Part shown: positions 18,320-28,256 of the stretch, in pieces | Layout of the letters: each line of letters opens with the position of its first letter | Numbering within the stretch: the stretch's first letter is position 1 | DNA from: an uncultured Clostridium sp. | Lineage (GTDB): Bacteria > Bacillota > Clostridia > TANB77 > CAG-508 | Assembly (NCBI GenBank): GCA_902406115.1 | Contig: CABPCL010000004.1 | Coordinates: forward strand, 23,995-87,994 | DNA: 64,000 nucleotides | Direction: 5' to 3' | Position numbers and translations under genes: made by a program | Notes under the pieces: generated by a model | Seen by the model: the letters and a program-made list of their open reading frames with translations, nothing else | What the model was told of the DNA's origin: nothing | Databases searched by the model: none

Positions 18320-20944
18320 ATGAGCAATAAGTATGTATATCTATTTAAAGAAGGAAATGCATCAATGCGTGAATTATTAGGTGGAAAGGGTGCAAACTTA
18401 GCAGAAATGACTAACCTTGGACTTCCGATACCACAAGGATTTACAGTTACAACAGAAGCGTGTACACAATACTATAACGATGAACAAAAAATTTCAGAAG
18501 AAATTAAAACACAAATATTTAATACTTTATCAGAATTAGAAAAAATAACAGGTAAGAAATTTGGAAGTACAGAAAATCCATTATTAGTTTCTGTTCGTTC
18601 AGGAGCCAGAGCATCAATGCCAGGAATGATGGATACAATATTAAATCTAGGATTAAACGAGGATGTTGTAAACACATTGGCACAAAAAAATGAAAGATTT
18701 GCTTATGATAGTTACAGAAGATTTATTCAAATGTTTAGCGATGTTGTTATGGAAATACCAAAAGCTTTATTTGAAGAAGCTATTGACAAAATGAAACAAA
18801 CAAGAGGAGTTAAATTAGATACAGAATTAACAGCAGATGACCTAAAAGAATTAGTAAAAATATTTAAAGACATATATAGAAAAAAACAGGGAAGTGAATT
18901 TCCTACAAATCCATCAGAACAATTAATTCAAGCTGTTGAAGCAGTATTTAGATCATGGAATAACCCAAGAGCAATAACTTATAGAAGATTAAATGATATT
19001 CCTGGGGACTGGGGAACAGCTGTAAACGTACAAGAAATGGTGTTTGGAAATATGGGAGATGACTGTGGAACAGGTGTTGCATTTACACGTAACCCTGCAA
19101 CAGGTGAAAATAAAATATTTGGAGAATACTTAATGAATGCTCAAGGTGAAGATGTTGTAGCCGGAGTTAGAACGCCAGAGCCAATTGCAAAACTTGAAAG
19201 TACAAATAAAAAAGCTTATGACGATTTTATAATGTATGCTAATAAATTAGAAAGACACTATAAAGATATGCAAGATATGGAGTTTACAATTGAACATGGA
19301 AAGCTATTCTTTTTACAAACAAGAAATGGCAAAAGAACAGCAAATGCAGCGTTAAAAATTGCAGTTGATTTAGTAGATGAGGGAATGATTACAGAAAAAG
19401 AAGCAGTACTTAGAGTAGAGCCAAATCAATTAGATCAATTATTACATCCAAATTTTGATAGTGAAAAATTAAAAGAAGCAACACCAATAGCAACAGGTCT
19501 AGCAGCATCACCAGGAGCTGCAACAGGTAAAGTTGTTTTCACAGCAGAAAGAGCAGTGGAGTTGCATAATCAAGGTGAAAAAGACTTAATTCTAGTAAGA
19601 CTTGAAACATCACCAGAAGATATTGATGGTATGAATGTATGCCATGGTGTATTAACAGTAAGAGGAGGTATGACATCGCATGCAGCTGTTGTAGCTCGTG
19701 GGATGGGAACATGCTGTGTAGCTGGATGTGGAGATATTTTGGTTTCAGAAGAAGATAAAACATTTACACTTGAAAATGGTAATAAATATCATGAAGGAGA
19801 TTGGATTTCTTTAGATGGATCTACAGGAAAAGTTTATGGAGAAAAAATAGATACTATAGAGGCTTCTGTATCAGGAAACTTTGCAAAATTTATGGGATGG
19901 GCAGACAACTATAGACAAATGGAAGTAAGAGCAAATGCAGATACACCAAGAGATGCTAACCAAGCACGTAAATTTGGAGCACAAGGAATTGGATTGTGTA
20001 GAACAGAGCATATGTTCTTCGCACCAGAGAGAATTGCAGCTATAAGAGAGATGATAGTTTCAAAAACTGTAGAACAACGTAAAAATGCTTTAGAGAAAAT
20101 TTTACCTATGCAAAGAGAAGATTTTGAAGGATTATTTAAAGCGATGGACGGTTTACCTGTTACTATAAGATTGTTAGATCCACCATTACATGAATTTTTG
20201 CCACACACAGACGAAGAAATAAGAGATTTAGCTAAAGACATGGACATGAGCTTTGAAGAATTAAAAAATGTAGTCACAGAACTTCATGAATTTAACCCAA
20301 TGATGGGACATAGAGGCTGTCGTCTAGATGTAACATATCCCGAAATAGGAGAAATGCAAACAAGAGCAATTATACAAGCAGCAATAAATGTTTCAAAAGA
20401 AGGAATAAAAGTAAAACCAGAAATAATGATACCATTAGTTGGAGCTATTAAAGAATTAAAATATGTAAAAGATATTATAACTAAAACTGCAGTAGAAGTA
20501 ATGGAAGAAGAAAATATGCGTGTAGACTACATGATTGGAACTATGATAGAGATACCTAGAGCTGCACTTTTAGCTGATGAAATTGCAAAAGAGGCAGAGT
20601 TCTTCTCATTTGGAACAAATGACTTAACTCAATTAACATTTGGATTTAGTCGTGATGATGCTGGAAAATTCTTAGGAGATTATTATGATAAGAAAATATA
20701 TGAATTTGATCCATTTAAGAAAGTAGATCAAAATGGAGTAGGTAAATTAGTAGAAATGGCATCTGAATTAGGAAGAGAGGTAAGGCCAAATATTGAGCTT
20801 GGAATATGTGGTGAACATGGAGGAGAACCATCATCAGTAGAATATTGCCATAACATAGGATTAACATATGTATCTTGCTCACCATTTAGAGTTCCTATAG
20901 CGAGACTAGCAGCTTCACAAGCAGCAATAAAAAATCCAAGATAG
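18320..20944 (+). CDS. ppdK: pyruvate, phosphate dikinase
   Basis: 874 aa; PEP-utilising enzyme mobile domain (GGMTSHAAVVARGMG); C-terminal TIM barrel (LCRTEHMF); full-length PPDK architecture. Confidence 0.95.
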   Translation: MSNKYVYLFKEGNASMRELLGGKGANLAEMTNLGLPIPQGFTVTTEACTQYYNDEQKISEEIKTQIFNTLSELEKITGKKFGSTENPLLVSVRSGARASMPGMMDTILNLGLNEDVVNTLAQKNERFAYDSYRRFIQMFSDVVMEIPKALFEEAIDKMKQTRGVKLDTELTADDLKELVKIFKDIYRKKQGSEFPTNPSEQLIQAVEAVFRSWNNPRAITYRRLNDIPGDWGTAVNVQEMVFGNMGDDCGTGVAFTRNPATGENKIFGEYLMNAQGEDVVAGVRTPEPIAKLESTNKKAYDDFIMYANKLERHYKDMQDMEFTIEHGKLFFLQTRNGKRTANAALKIAVDLVDEGMITEKEAVLRVEPNQLDQLLHPNFDSEKLKEATPIATGLAASPGAATGKVVFTAERAVELHNQGEKDLILVRLETSPEDIDGMNVCHGVLTVRGGMTSHAAVVARGMGTCCVAGCGDILVSEEDKTFTLENGNKYHEGDWISLDGSTGKVYGEKIDTIEASVSGNFAKFMGWADNYRQMEVRANADTPRDANQARKFGAQGIGLCRTEHMFFAPERIAAIREMIVSKTVEQRKNALEKILPMQREDFEGLFKAMDGLPVTIRLLDPPLHEFLPHTDEEIRDLAKDMDMSFEELKNVVTELHEFNPMMGHRGCRLDVTYPEIGEMQTRAIIQAAINVSKEGIKVKPEIMIPLVGAIKELKYVKDIITKTAVEVMEEENMRVDYMIGTMIEIPRAALLADEIAKEAEFFSFGTNDLTQLTFGFSRDDAGKFLGDYYDKKIYEFDPFKKVDQNGVGKLVEMASELGREVRPNIELGICGEHGGEPSSVEYCHNIGLTYVSCSPFRVPIARLAASQAAIKNPR

Positions 20945-20955
20945 TAAAATATTAT

Positions 20956-20990
20956 AAAAAGGTACTTTACATAAAAGTACCTTTTTATAG
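20956..20990 (+). terminator. rho-independent terminator after ppdK
   Basis: aaaaggtac...gtaccttttt hairpin. Confidence 0.6.
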
Positions 20991-21062
20991 CATGATTGAC
21001 TTTTATTTTTATGTGTGATATTCTAAAGAATATAAATAGAAATATAAATAATAGAGGATGAA

Positions 21063-21920
21063 ATGATAAATTTACTTTTGTGTGGGAATAAAAAGGTTTT
21101 TGATGGAGCACTTACACAACTTCTGTCTATTACTAATAGAACAAAAGAAACCATAAATTGTTATATATTCACAATGGATGCTTCAAGATTAAAACCAGAA
21201 TATACATGTATAACAGATGAGCAAATAGACTTTTTAAATAAAGTGGTAAAATCAAAAAATAAAAATAATATAGTAAAAAAAATAGATGTTACCCAATTAT
21301 ATGAGCAAGAGTTTTTAAATTGTGCGAATGAAAGTGCATACTGTACGCCATATACATTACTAAGATTACTTGCAGATAAAGTACTTGATATACCAGATAA
21401 GCTGTTATATTTAGACATTGATATAATGGTAGGAGATGATATATCTAAGTTATATAATATTGATGTTTCAAAATATGAGTATGCTGCAGTAAAAGAAAAA
21501 TATGGATCTTGGTTTATAAGACCAGATTATATAAATGCAGGTATGCTATTATTTAATATGAAAAAAATAAAAGAGACAGGTCTTTTAGAAAAAGCAAGAG
21601 AACTAATAAAAAAGAGAAAGTTACTATTTGCAGATCAAGATGCAATCTTTTGGTCAACAACTAAAAAATTGCTCTTGCCAAGAATTTATAACGAACAATC
21701 TAAGTTTAATAAAAAAGATACTGTAATTTGCCATTTTTGTAAAAGGTTAATGCTTAGGCCATATCCTCATACCGAAAATTACAAGCAGTGGCAGGTCGAT
21801 GAAATACATAAATATTTAAAATGTTATTATTTTGACCAAGATCTAGAAGAATATTTAGAATTAAAAGAAGAATTTAACAAAGAAAATAAAAAAGAAATAA
21901 GAGGAGAACATGGAGAATAA
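21063..21920 (+). CDS. GT8-family glycosyltransferase (divergent N-terminal motif)
   Basis: 285 aa; DxD at YLDIDIMVGDD; NAGMLLFN motif characteristic of GT8 (RfaJ/GspA-like); overlaps the next ORF by 11 nt. Confidence 0.65.
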   Translation: MINLLLCGNKKVFDGALTQLLSITNRTKETINCYIFTMDASRLKPEYTCITDEQIDFLNKVVKSKNKNNIVKKIDVTQLYEQEFLNCANESAYCTPYTLLRLLADKVLDIPDKLLYLDIDIMVGDDISKLYNIDVSKYEYAAVKEKYGSWFIRPDYINAGMLLFNMKKIKETGLLEKARELIKKRKLLFADQDAIFWSTTKKLLLPRIYNEQSKFNKKDTVICHFCKRLMLRPYPHTENYKQWQVDEIHKYLKCYYFDQDLEEYLELKEEFNKENKKEIRGEHGE

Positions 21921-23784
21921 TTTAGAGGTAATACCAATATTTTTTGCAGTTGATGATGGATATATACCATTTTTAGCTGTTGCTTTACAGTCTTTAATAG
22001 AAAATTCATCAAAGAATTACTATTATTCAATTAAGATATTATATACAAATATTGAAGAGGAAAATAAACAGAAAATAAGCAAATATAAAAAAGAAAATGT
22101 AAACATAGAATTTGTTGACTTAAACTACTATATAAAAAAGGTTAAGGACAAATTATATACAAGGGACTATTATACAAAAACAACATATTTCAGATTGTTT
22201 ATTCCAAATTTGTACCCACAATATGATAAAGCAATATATTTAGATAGTGATATTGTTGTATTAGGGGATATTGCTGAGCTATATAATGTAAATATGGGAA
22301 ACAATCTAATTGCAGCAGCGCCAGATGACGTTATTCAAACGACTAAAGTTTTTCAAGAATATGCTGAAAAAGTTGTTGGAGTTGCAGATTATAGAAATTA
22401 TTTTAATGCTGGAATTCTTCTAATGAATTTAGATGAATTTAGAAAATTTAACTTTCAAGAGAAATTTTTATACCTATTAGAGACAATAAAATTTACTGTA
22501 GCACAAGACCAGGATTATTTAAACAGATTGTGCAAAGGAAAGGTAAAGATAATAGACAAAGCGTGGGACAGAATGCCAATTGCAATAGATGATATGAAAG
22601 AGGAAGATATAAAAGTAATTCACTATAATTTAGCGTATAAACCATGGCATTTTGAAAATGTACTATATAAAGACTATTTTTGGAAATATGCACAAAAAAC
22701 AGAATTTTATAAACAGATAGATGATATTAGAAAAAACTATACAGAAGAAGAAAGATTCAAAGATATGGAACAATATAAAAATTTACAAGACTTAGCTAAA
22801 AAAGAATCTGACTGTGTAGGCGATGATAGAAATTATAGAAAATCTAAGGAGAGCGCACTTCATAGAAAATATGGAAAATACTTCAAATACAAAAATTCAT
22901 TAAGAGAGGAAAAAAACATTCCAAAATCACAAAGTAGATTAGAGGTTCTAAAAAAAATAGAAGACTTAGAAAAAAATGGCATTTTTGATGTAGATGTAGA
23001 AGAAGATCCACCTACAATACCATTAGATGCAAAAGACGTAGATTATCTTAAGCAAAAAGAAACTAGCAAGATAATGAGAAGGGTTGCAATTAAGGTAGGA
23101 GAAGGCTTTGTAAATGTTTTGATGAGGAACAACAAATTAATTATAAAGCAAATAAATGGAATAGAAAATTTGCAAAATGTAAAAACAGGTGCAATGATAA
23201 CATGTAATCATTTTAATCCTTTTGACTCATTTACGGTTGAAAAAGTTTTTAGGATTTCTGGACAATCGAAATCAAAAAAATTATATAAAGTAATAAGAGA
23301 AGGAAATTATACAAACTTTTCAGGATTATATGGTTTCTTCTTTAGAAATTGTGATACATTACCATTAAGCTCAAACAAGAAAACAATGGTAGCTTTTATG
23401 AAAGCAGTAGATACAATATTAAAAAGAAAAGACTTTATATTAATATATCCAGAACAAAGTATGTGGTGGAATTATAGAAAACCAAAGCCTTTGAAAGATG
23501 GAGCTTTTAAAATAGCTGCAAGAAACAATGTTCCGGTTATACCTATTTTTATTACTATGCAAGATAGTGAAATAATAGGAGATGATGGATTTCCAGTTCA
23601 GGAGTATATTGTTAATATTGAAGAACCAATATATCCAGACGAGAAATTATCAGAAAAAGAAAATGCTAATATTATGAAAGATAAAAATTTTGAAGTATGG
23701 AAAAAGGTATATGAAGAATTTTATAATATGCCACTTCAGTATAATACTATAAAAGAAGACGATAAGGAATTTATAGATGAATAA
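21910..23784 (+). CDS. fusion protein: N-terminal GT8 glycosyltransferase plus C-terminal PlsC/LPLAT-type acyltransferase
   Basis: 624 aa; N-terminal IPIFFAVDDGY, YLDSDIVVLGD (DxD), NAGILLMN, HYNLAYKPW (GT8); residues around 400-624 carry CNHFNPFD (HX4D) and IYPEQS (acyltransferase motif III-like). Confidence 0.7.
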   Translation: MENNLEVIPIFFAVDDGYIPFLAVALQSLIENSSKNYYYSIKILYTNIEEENKQKISKYKKENVNIEFVDLNYYIKKVKDKLYTRDYYTKTTYFRLFIPNLYPQYDKAIYLDSDIVVLGDIAELYNVNMGNNLIAAAPDDVIQTTKVFQEYAEKVVGVADYRNYFNAGILLMNLDEFRKFNFQEKFLYLLETIKFTVAQDQDYLNRLCKGKVKIIDKAWDRMPIAIDDMKEEDIKVIHYNLAYKPWHFENVLYKDYFWKYAQKTEFYKQIDDIRKNYTEEERFKDMEQYKNLQDLAKKESDCVGDDRNYRKSKESALHRKYGKYFKYKNSLREEKNIPKSQSRLEVLKKIEDLEKNGIFDVDVEEDPPTIPLDAKDVDYLKQKETSKIMRRVAIKVGEGFVNVLMRNNKLIIKQINGIENLQNVKTGAMITCNHFNPFDSFTVEKVFRISGQSKSKKLYKVIREGNYTNFSGLYGFFFRNCDTLPLSSNKKTMVAFMKAVDTILKRKDFILIYPEQSMWWNYRKPKPLKDGAFKIAARNNVPVIPIFITMQDSEIIGDDGFPVQEYIVNIEEPIYPDEKLSEKENANIMKDKNFEVWKKVYEEFYNMPLQYNTIKEDDKEFIDE

Positions 23785-24556
23785 TAAAAAAATAATTTAT
23801 TATAAAGATGAATTAAATGATGAATTTTCTAAAGCAAAAATAATACCAAGAGAGATAAATGAAAATTATAAATACGAGCATAAAAACCCTTTGTGGAATT
23901 TATGCTCTCTGGTATTACAAAACATTTTAAGTGTACCCATAAAAACTTTATATGCTAAGGTAAAATTTAAAATAAAGTATGTTGGCAGAGAAAAATTAAA
24001 GCCTTATAGAAATATGGGTTATTTTATATATGGAAATCATACCCAACCATTTGCAGATACATTTATACCAAGTATTCCAATATACCCAAAAAGAAATTTT
24101 TTTATTGTAAACCCAGAAAATGTCTCAATGAAGCCATTTGAAACAGCAGTGGAAATGCTAGGAGCTTTACCGATACCAGGCAACAAAGCTGCAATGAAAA
24201 AATTCCTTGAATCAATAAAGAAAAAAATAAGAAAAGGACATGCTATTACAATATACCCAGAGGCACATATATGGCCTTATTATACAAGAATTAGACCTTT
24301 TAAATCGGTTTCTTTCAAATATCCTATAGAATTAGGGGTACCTTCATTTTGTATAACAAATACATATCAAAGATATGGAAAACGTAAAGACAGAATACAG
24401 ATAGTAAGCTATATTGATGGTCCGTTTTTCCATAATCCAGAGTTAAGCAAGAAAGACATGCAGCAAGACCTAAGGAACCAAATTTATAATTGTATGGTAG
24501 AAAGAAGCAAGAATAGTAATATTGAATATATAGAATATAAAAAGGCGAGTAATTAA
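23777..24556 (+). CDS. PlsC/LPLAT-family acyltransferase
   Basis: 259 aa; YGNHTQPFAD (H-x5-D variant) and IYPEAH motifs; overlaps the upstream fusion ORF by 8 nt (operon). Confidence 0.6.
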   Translation: MNNKKIIYYKDELNDEFSKAKIIPREINENYKYEHKNPLWNLCSLVLQNILSVPIKTLYAKVKFKIKYVGREKLKPYRNMGYFIYGNHTQPFADTFIPSIPIYPKRNFFIVNPENVSMKPFETAVEMLGALPIPGNKAAMKKFLESIKKKIRKGHAITIYPEAHIWPYYTRIRPFKSVSFKYPIELGVPSFCITNTYQRYGKRKDRIQIVSYIDGPFFHNPELSKKDMQQDLRNQIYNCMVERSKNSNIEYIEYKKASN

Positions 24557-24557
24557 A

Positions 24558-24592
24558 AAGAGGGTTCCTGTTTTAGGACACCCTCTTTCTAG
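24558..24592. terminator. bidirectional terminator between the GT8 operon and the crp/fnr gene
   Basis: aagagggt...accctctt GC-containing hairpin. Confidence 0.55.
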
Positions 24593-24662
24593 CGCGATTA
24601 TCTTCTATTATTTTACAGCCATTTTCTAAATAATAGGCTATTATTATATTTACTTATAATAA

Positions 24663-25286
24663 TTAAAGCAAAGTAATTTTATTTTTTGTTTTCTTAATTA
24701 TTTTCTCATCTTTTAATCTTTTAATTTCTCGCATCATAGCTGTTCTATCGATAATTAAATAATCAGATAGGTCAGTTAATGAAAACGGAAGTTCAAAGGT
24801 TTTACTATTATTTTTAATTGATAAATTATTAAAATATGTTAAAAGCTTTTCTCTTACACTTTTATTTGTCAATAGTAGCATCCTAAAGTTTTGCTCTGCA
24901 ATACTATGTAAGATTAAATCAGGCAAATTCCTCAATAGATCAATATGATAAGAACAATCTAAAGTGCAACGCTCTGCAGTATCATAAGGATAAAATAACA
25001 CTTTAGCTTTTTTATTTGCTAAAACAAACAACTCTCTATCCATATATATTTTGAATAAAGCTTCACCAAAAATATCATTCTTTTTATAATAATAAAGAAT
25101 TTTTTTATTTCCATCTTTATCGTATGTAATTAATTGTGCTTCACCTTCTAACAATATACAGAATTGATTTCTTTTTGTTAAGAAAGTAGTAATTACTTCA
25201 TTTGCTTGAAATTCTTTAGTTTCACATAATCTACAATTTGTCTTCAATTTGTTAACGAAATTGTCAACATCAAAATTCTTTTTCAT
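24663..25286 (-). CDS. Crp/Fnr-family transcriptional regulator (FNR-like, Cys-rich)
   Basis: cNMP-binding beta-roll plus C-terminal HTH (LTDLSDYLIIDRTAMMREIKRLKDEKII); Cys at CRLC, QFC and CTLDC; start at MKKNFDV (25286) preferred over track start 25334, which lies inside an operator palindrome. Confidence 0.8.
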   Translation of the reverse strand: MKKNFDVDNFVNKLKTNCRLCETKEFQANEVITTFLTKRNQFCILLEGEAQLITYDKDGNKKILYYYKKNDIFGEALFKIYMDRELFVLANKKAKVLFYPYDTAERCTLDCSYHIDLLRNLPDLILHSIAEQNFRMLLLTNKSVREKLLTYFNNLSIKNNSKTFELPFSLTDLSDYLIIDRTAMMREIKRLKDEKIIKKTKNKITLL

Positions 25287-25321
25287 AAAAAACCACCATA
25301 TTAATAATATATCACAAAATA

Positions 25322-25335
25322 GTTGCCATGGCAAC
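25322..25335. promoter_or_regulatory. GTTGC-N4-GCAAC palindrome (candidate Crp/Fnr operator, autoregulatory position)
   Basis: gttgccatggcaac, perfect 5-4-5 inverted repeat 36 bp upstream of the regulator start. Confidence 0.5.
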
Positions 25336-25464
25336 AGACAAAAAATAAAATATTGTTTTATTCAGCTATTTCTATGATAAAAAACTTGTAACAAAATTGT
25401 AATAAAAGATTTTTTACTAGAGATATGAGGGAAAAGAGAAAAAAATAAAATAAAAAACAAATTT

Positions 25465-25478
25465 GTTGCATTTGCAAC
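25465..25478. promoter_or_regulatory. GTTGC-N4-GCAAC palindrome upstream of nrdD (candidate class-II activator site)
   Basis: gttgcatttgcaac, perfect 5-4-5 inverted repeat centred about 29 bp upstream of a TATAAT at 25500-25505, i.e. near -41 of a putative +1. Confidence 0.5.
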
Positions 25479-25540
25479 AGAAAATAAATATAGTTACGAT
25501 ATAATTAAAACATAAGAATTGAGGGGGAGGATTATTAGAA

Positions 25541-27700
25541 ATGAAAATCATAAAAAGAGACGGAACAATTGTTGATTATAATTCAGATAAAATAAGAATT
25601 GCAATTGGTAAAGCTAATAATGAAGTTTCTAGAAAAGAAAAGGCTTCAGATGAACAAATAAATGAAATAATAGGATATATTGAAGATTTAAAGAAATCAA
25701 GAATATTAGTAGAAGACATACAAGATATAATTGAACAAAAATTGATGGAATTAAATAAATACCAATTAGCAAAAAAATATATTACATATCGTTATACAAG
25801 AGAATTAGTTAGAAAAGCAAATACAACAGATCAATCTATTAAAGAATTAATTGAAGGAGAGAGTGAATACTGGAATAACGAAAATTCTAATAAAAACGCA
25901 ACTGTAGTTACAACACAAAGAGATTATTTAGCTGGTATTACAAGTACAGATATTACCAGAAGATTTTTATTACCAGAAGATATTGTAAAAGCACATGACG
26001 AAGGAATAATTCATTTTCATGATGCCGACTATTTTGCACAAAATGCATTACATAACTGCGATTTAATTAACTTAGAAGATATGTTACAAAATGGAACAAA
26101 TATTAATGGCGTTATGATCGAAAAACCTCATAAATTCTTAACTGCAATGACTATTGCTACTCAGATAATTACTGCAGTAACATCTAGTCAATATGGTGGG
26201 GCAACAGTTACAATGACACATCTTGCTCCATTTGTAAGAGATAGTTACAACTTTTATTTAAAAAGATATAAAAATAGAAATTTATCACAAGAGCAATGTG
26301 AAAAGTTTGCAAAAGAAGATTTAGCAAAAGAAATAAAAGATGGAGTTCAAACATTCCAGTACCAAATTAATTCAATGACTACAACAAATGGTCAATCACC
26401 ATTTTTAAGTGTTTGTTTTTATTTGGGTGAAACAAAAGAGTATAAAGAAGAATTAGCAATGATTATAAAAGAATTCTTAGAGCAAAGAATCCAAGGAATG
26501 AAAAACGAGAAGGGTGTATATATTACTCCTGCTTTCCCAAAATTGTTATATGTATTAGAGGAAGACAATATACATAAAGATAGTAAGTATTGGTATTTGA
26601 CAGAGCTTGCTGCAAAATGTACAGCTAAGAGAATGGTACCTGATTATATTTCTGAAAAGAAAATGCTAGAGTTGAAAGTAGATAAGGATGGAAATGGAAA
26701 TTGTTATCCTTGTATGGGATGCCGATCATTCTTAACACCTTATATTGATCCTAAAACAAATAAACCTAAATATTATGGAAGATTTAACCAAGGTGTTGTA
26801 ACAATAAATCTAGTTGATGTTGCATTATCATCAGGAAAAAATATAGATAAATTCTGGAAGATTTATGAAGAAAGACTAGAGTTATGTCATAGAGCATTAC
26901 AAAAAAGACATGAGAGATTAGCAAAAGCAACAAGTGATGTTGCACCTATATTGTGGCAACATGGTGCTTTGGCAAGACTAAAAAAAGGTGAGAGTATACA
27001 CCCATTATTACATGGTGGATATTCAACAATATCATTAGGTTATGCAGGTCTTTATGAGTGCGTAAAATATATGACAGGGCATAGCCATACTGATAATGGC
27101 GCAGGTAAAGAATTTGCAGTTGAAGTTATGCAAAAAATGGACGATAAATGTAAAGAGTGGAAAGAAAAAGAGGATATTGACTATAGTGTATATGGAACTC
27201 CAATAGAATCAACAACATACAAATTTGCAAAATGTTTAAAAGATAGATTTGGAATTGTAAAAGGTATAACAGATAGAAATTACATTACAAATTCTTATCA
27301 TGTACCAGTATTTGAAGAAATCGATGCTTTCTCTAAATTGAAATTAGAAAGTGAATTCCAAAAATTAAGTCCAGGTGGTGCAATTTCTTATGTTGAAACA
27401 CCTAACCTACAAAATAACTTGGAAGTTGTTATACAAATAATTCAATTTATTTATGACAATATAATGTATGCAGAATTAAACACAAAATCTGATTATTGCC
27501 AACAATGTGGATATGACGGAGAAATATTAATTGATGATAACCTAGAATGGTATTGTCCAAATTGCGGAAATAGAGATCATAATACATTAAATGTTGCTAG
27601 AAGAACTTGCGGATATATAGGAAGCAATTTCTGGAATAAAGGAAGAACACAAGAAATAAAAGAAAGAGTGCTTCACATTGACAATAAAGATGATGAATAA
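25541..27700 (+). CDS. nrdD: anaerobic ribonucleoside-triphosphate reductase (class III, glycyl radical)
   Basis: 719 aa; ATP-cone N-terminus; C-terminal Zn ribbon (CQQCGY...CPNCGN) and glycyl-radical motif RRTCGYIGS. Confidence 0.93.
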   Translation: MKIIKRDGTIVDYNSDKIRIAIGKANNEVSRKEKASDEQINEIIGYIEDLKKSRILVEDIQDIIEQKLMELNKYQLAKKYITYRYTRELVRKANTTDQSIKELIEGESEYWNNENSNKNATVVTTQRDYLAGITSTDITRRFLLPEDIVKAHDEGIIHFHDADYFAQNALHNCDLINLEDMLQNGTNINGVMIEKPHKFLTAMTIATQIITAVTSSQYGGATVTMTHLAPFVRDSYNFYLKRYKNRNLSQEQCEKFAKEDLAKEIKDGVQTFQYQINSMTTTNGQSPFLSVCFYLGETKEYKEELAMIIKEFLEQRIQGMKNEKGVYITPAFPKLLYVLEEDNIHKDSKYWYLTELAAKCTAKRMVPDYISEKKMLELKVDKDGNGNCYPCMGCRSFLTPYIDPKTNKPKYYGRFNQGVVTINLVDVALSSGKNIDKFWKIYEERLELCHRALQKRHERLAKATSDVAPILWQHGALARLKKGESIHPLLHGGYSTISLGYAGLYECVKYMTGHSHTDNGAGKEFAVEVMQKMDDKCKEWKEKEDIDYSVYGTPIESTTYKFAKCLKDRFGIVKGITDRNYITNSYHVPVFEEIDAFSKLKLESEFQKLSPGGAISYVETPNLQNNLEVVIQIIQFIYDNIMYAELNTKSDYCQQCGYDGEILIDDNLEWYCPNCGNRDHNTLNVARRTCGYIGSNFWNKGRTQEIKERVLHIDNKDDE

Positions 27701-27723
27701 AATAATGTAAGAAGGAATTGACT

Positions 27724-28227
27724 ATGAGATACAATAAGATTAGAAAAATGGATATTTCAGATGGACCTGGTGTAAGAGTATCAATTTTTATGCAAGGGTG
27801 CACATTTAATTGCAAAAATTGTTTTAATCCAGAAACACATGATTTTAATGGTGGAAAAGAATTCACAGATTCTACTATCAACAGAGTTTTAGAATTATGT
27901 GATAATGAAAATGTAGAAGGCTTATCTATTTTAGGAGGAGAACCAATGAATCCTAAAAATATAGAAGGAACTACAAGATTAGCAAAGGCTTTTAAGGAAA
28001 AGTTTCCAAATAAAAATATATGGGCATGGTCTGGTTTTAAATTTGACAGAGACTTAAAAGATAAGGAAGTCCTAAAATATATAGATGTATTAGTAGATGG
28101 ACAATATGTTGATGCTCTTCATGATCCTACATTAGATTGGAGAGGATCTTCTAATCAAAGAGTTATAAATGTTCAAGAAAGTTTAAAAGAACATAAAGTT
28201 GTTTTAAAAGAAAAAGGCTTAATATAG
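27724..28227 (+). CDS. nrdG: anaerobic RNR activating protein (radical SAM)
   Basis: CTFNCKNC Cx3Cx2C motif; about 167 aa; immediately downstream of nrdD. Confidence 0.9.
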   Translation: MRYNKIRKMDISDGPGVRVSIFMQGCTFNCKNCFNPETHDFNGGKEFTDSTINRVLELCDNENVEGLSILGGEPMNPKNIEGTTRLAKAFKEKFPNKNIWAWSGFKFDRDLKDKEVLKYIDVLVDGQYVDALHDPTLDWRGSSNQRVINVQESLKEHKVVLKEKGLI

Positions 28228-28256
28228 GTTATAGGCATTGCAAGGGGAAAATAAAA

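Noticed and set aside
25335-25540. NrdR box upstream of nrdDG
   Set aside because: No 16-bp acaCwAtATaTwGtgt-like palindrome found; the only strong palindromes are the GTTGC-N4-GCAAC pair reported as a finding.
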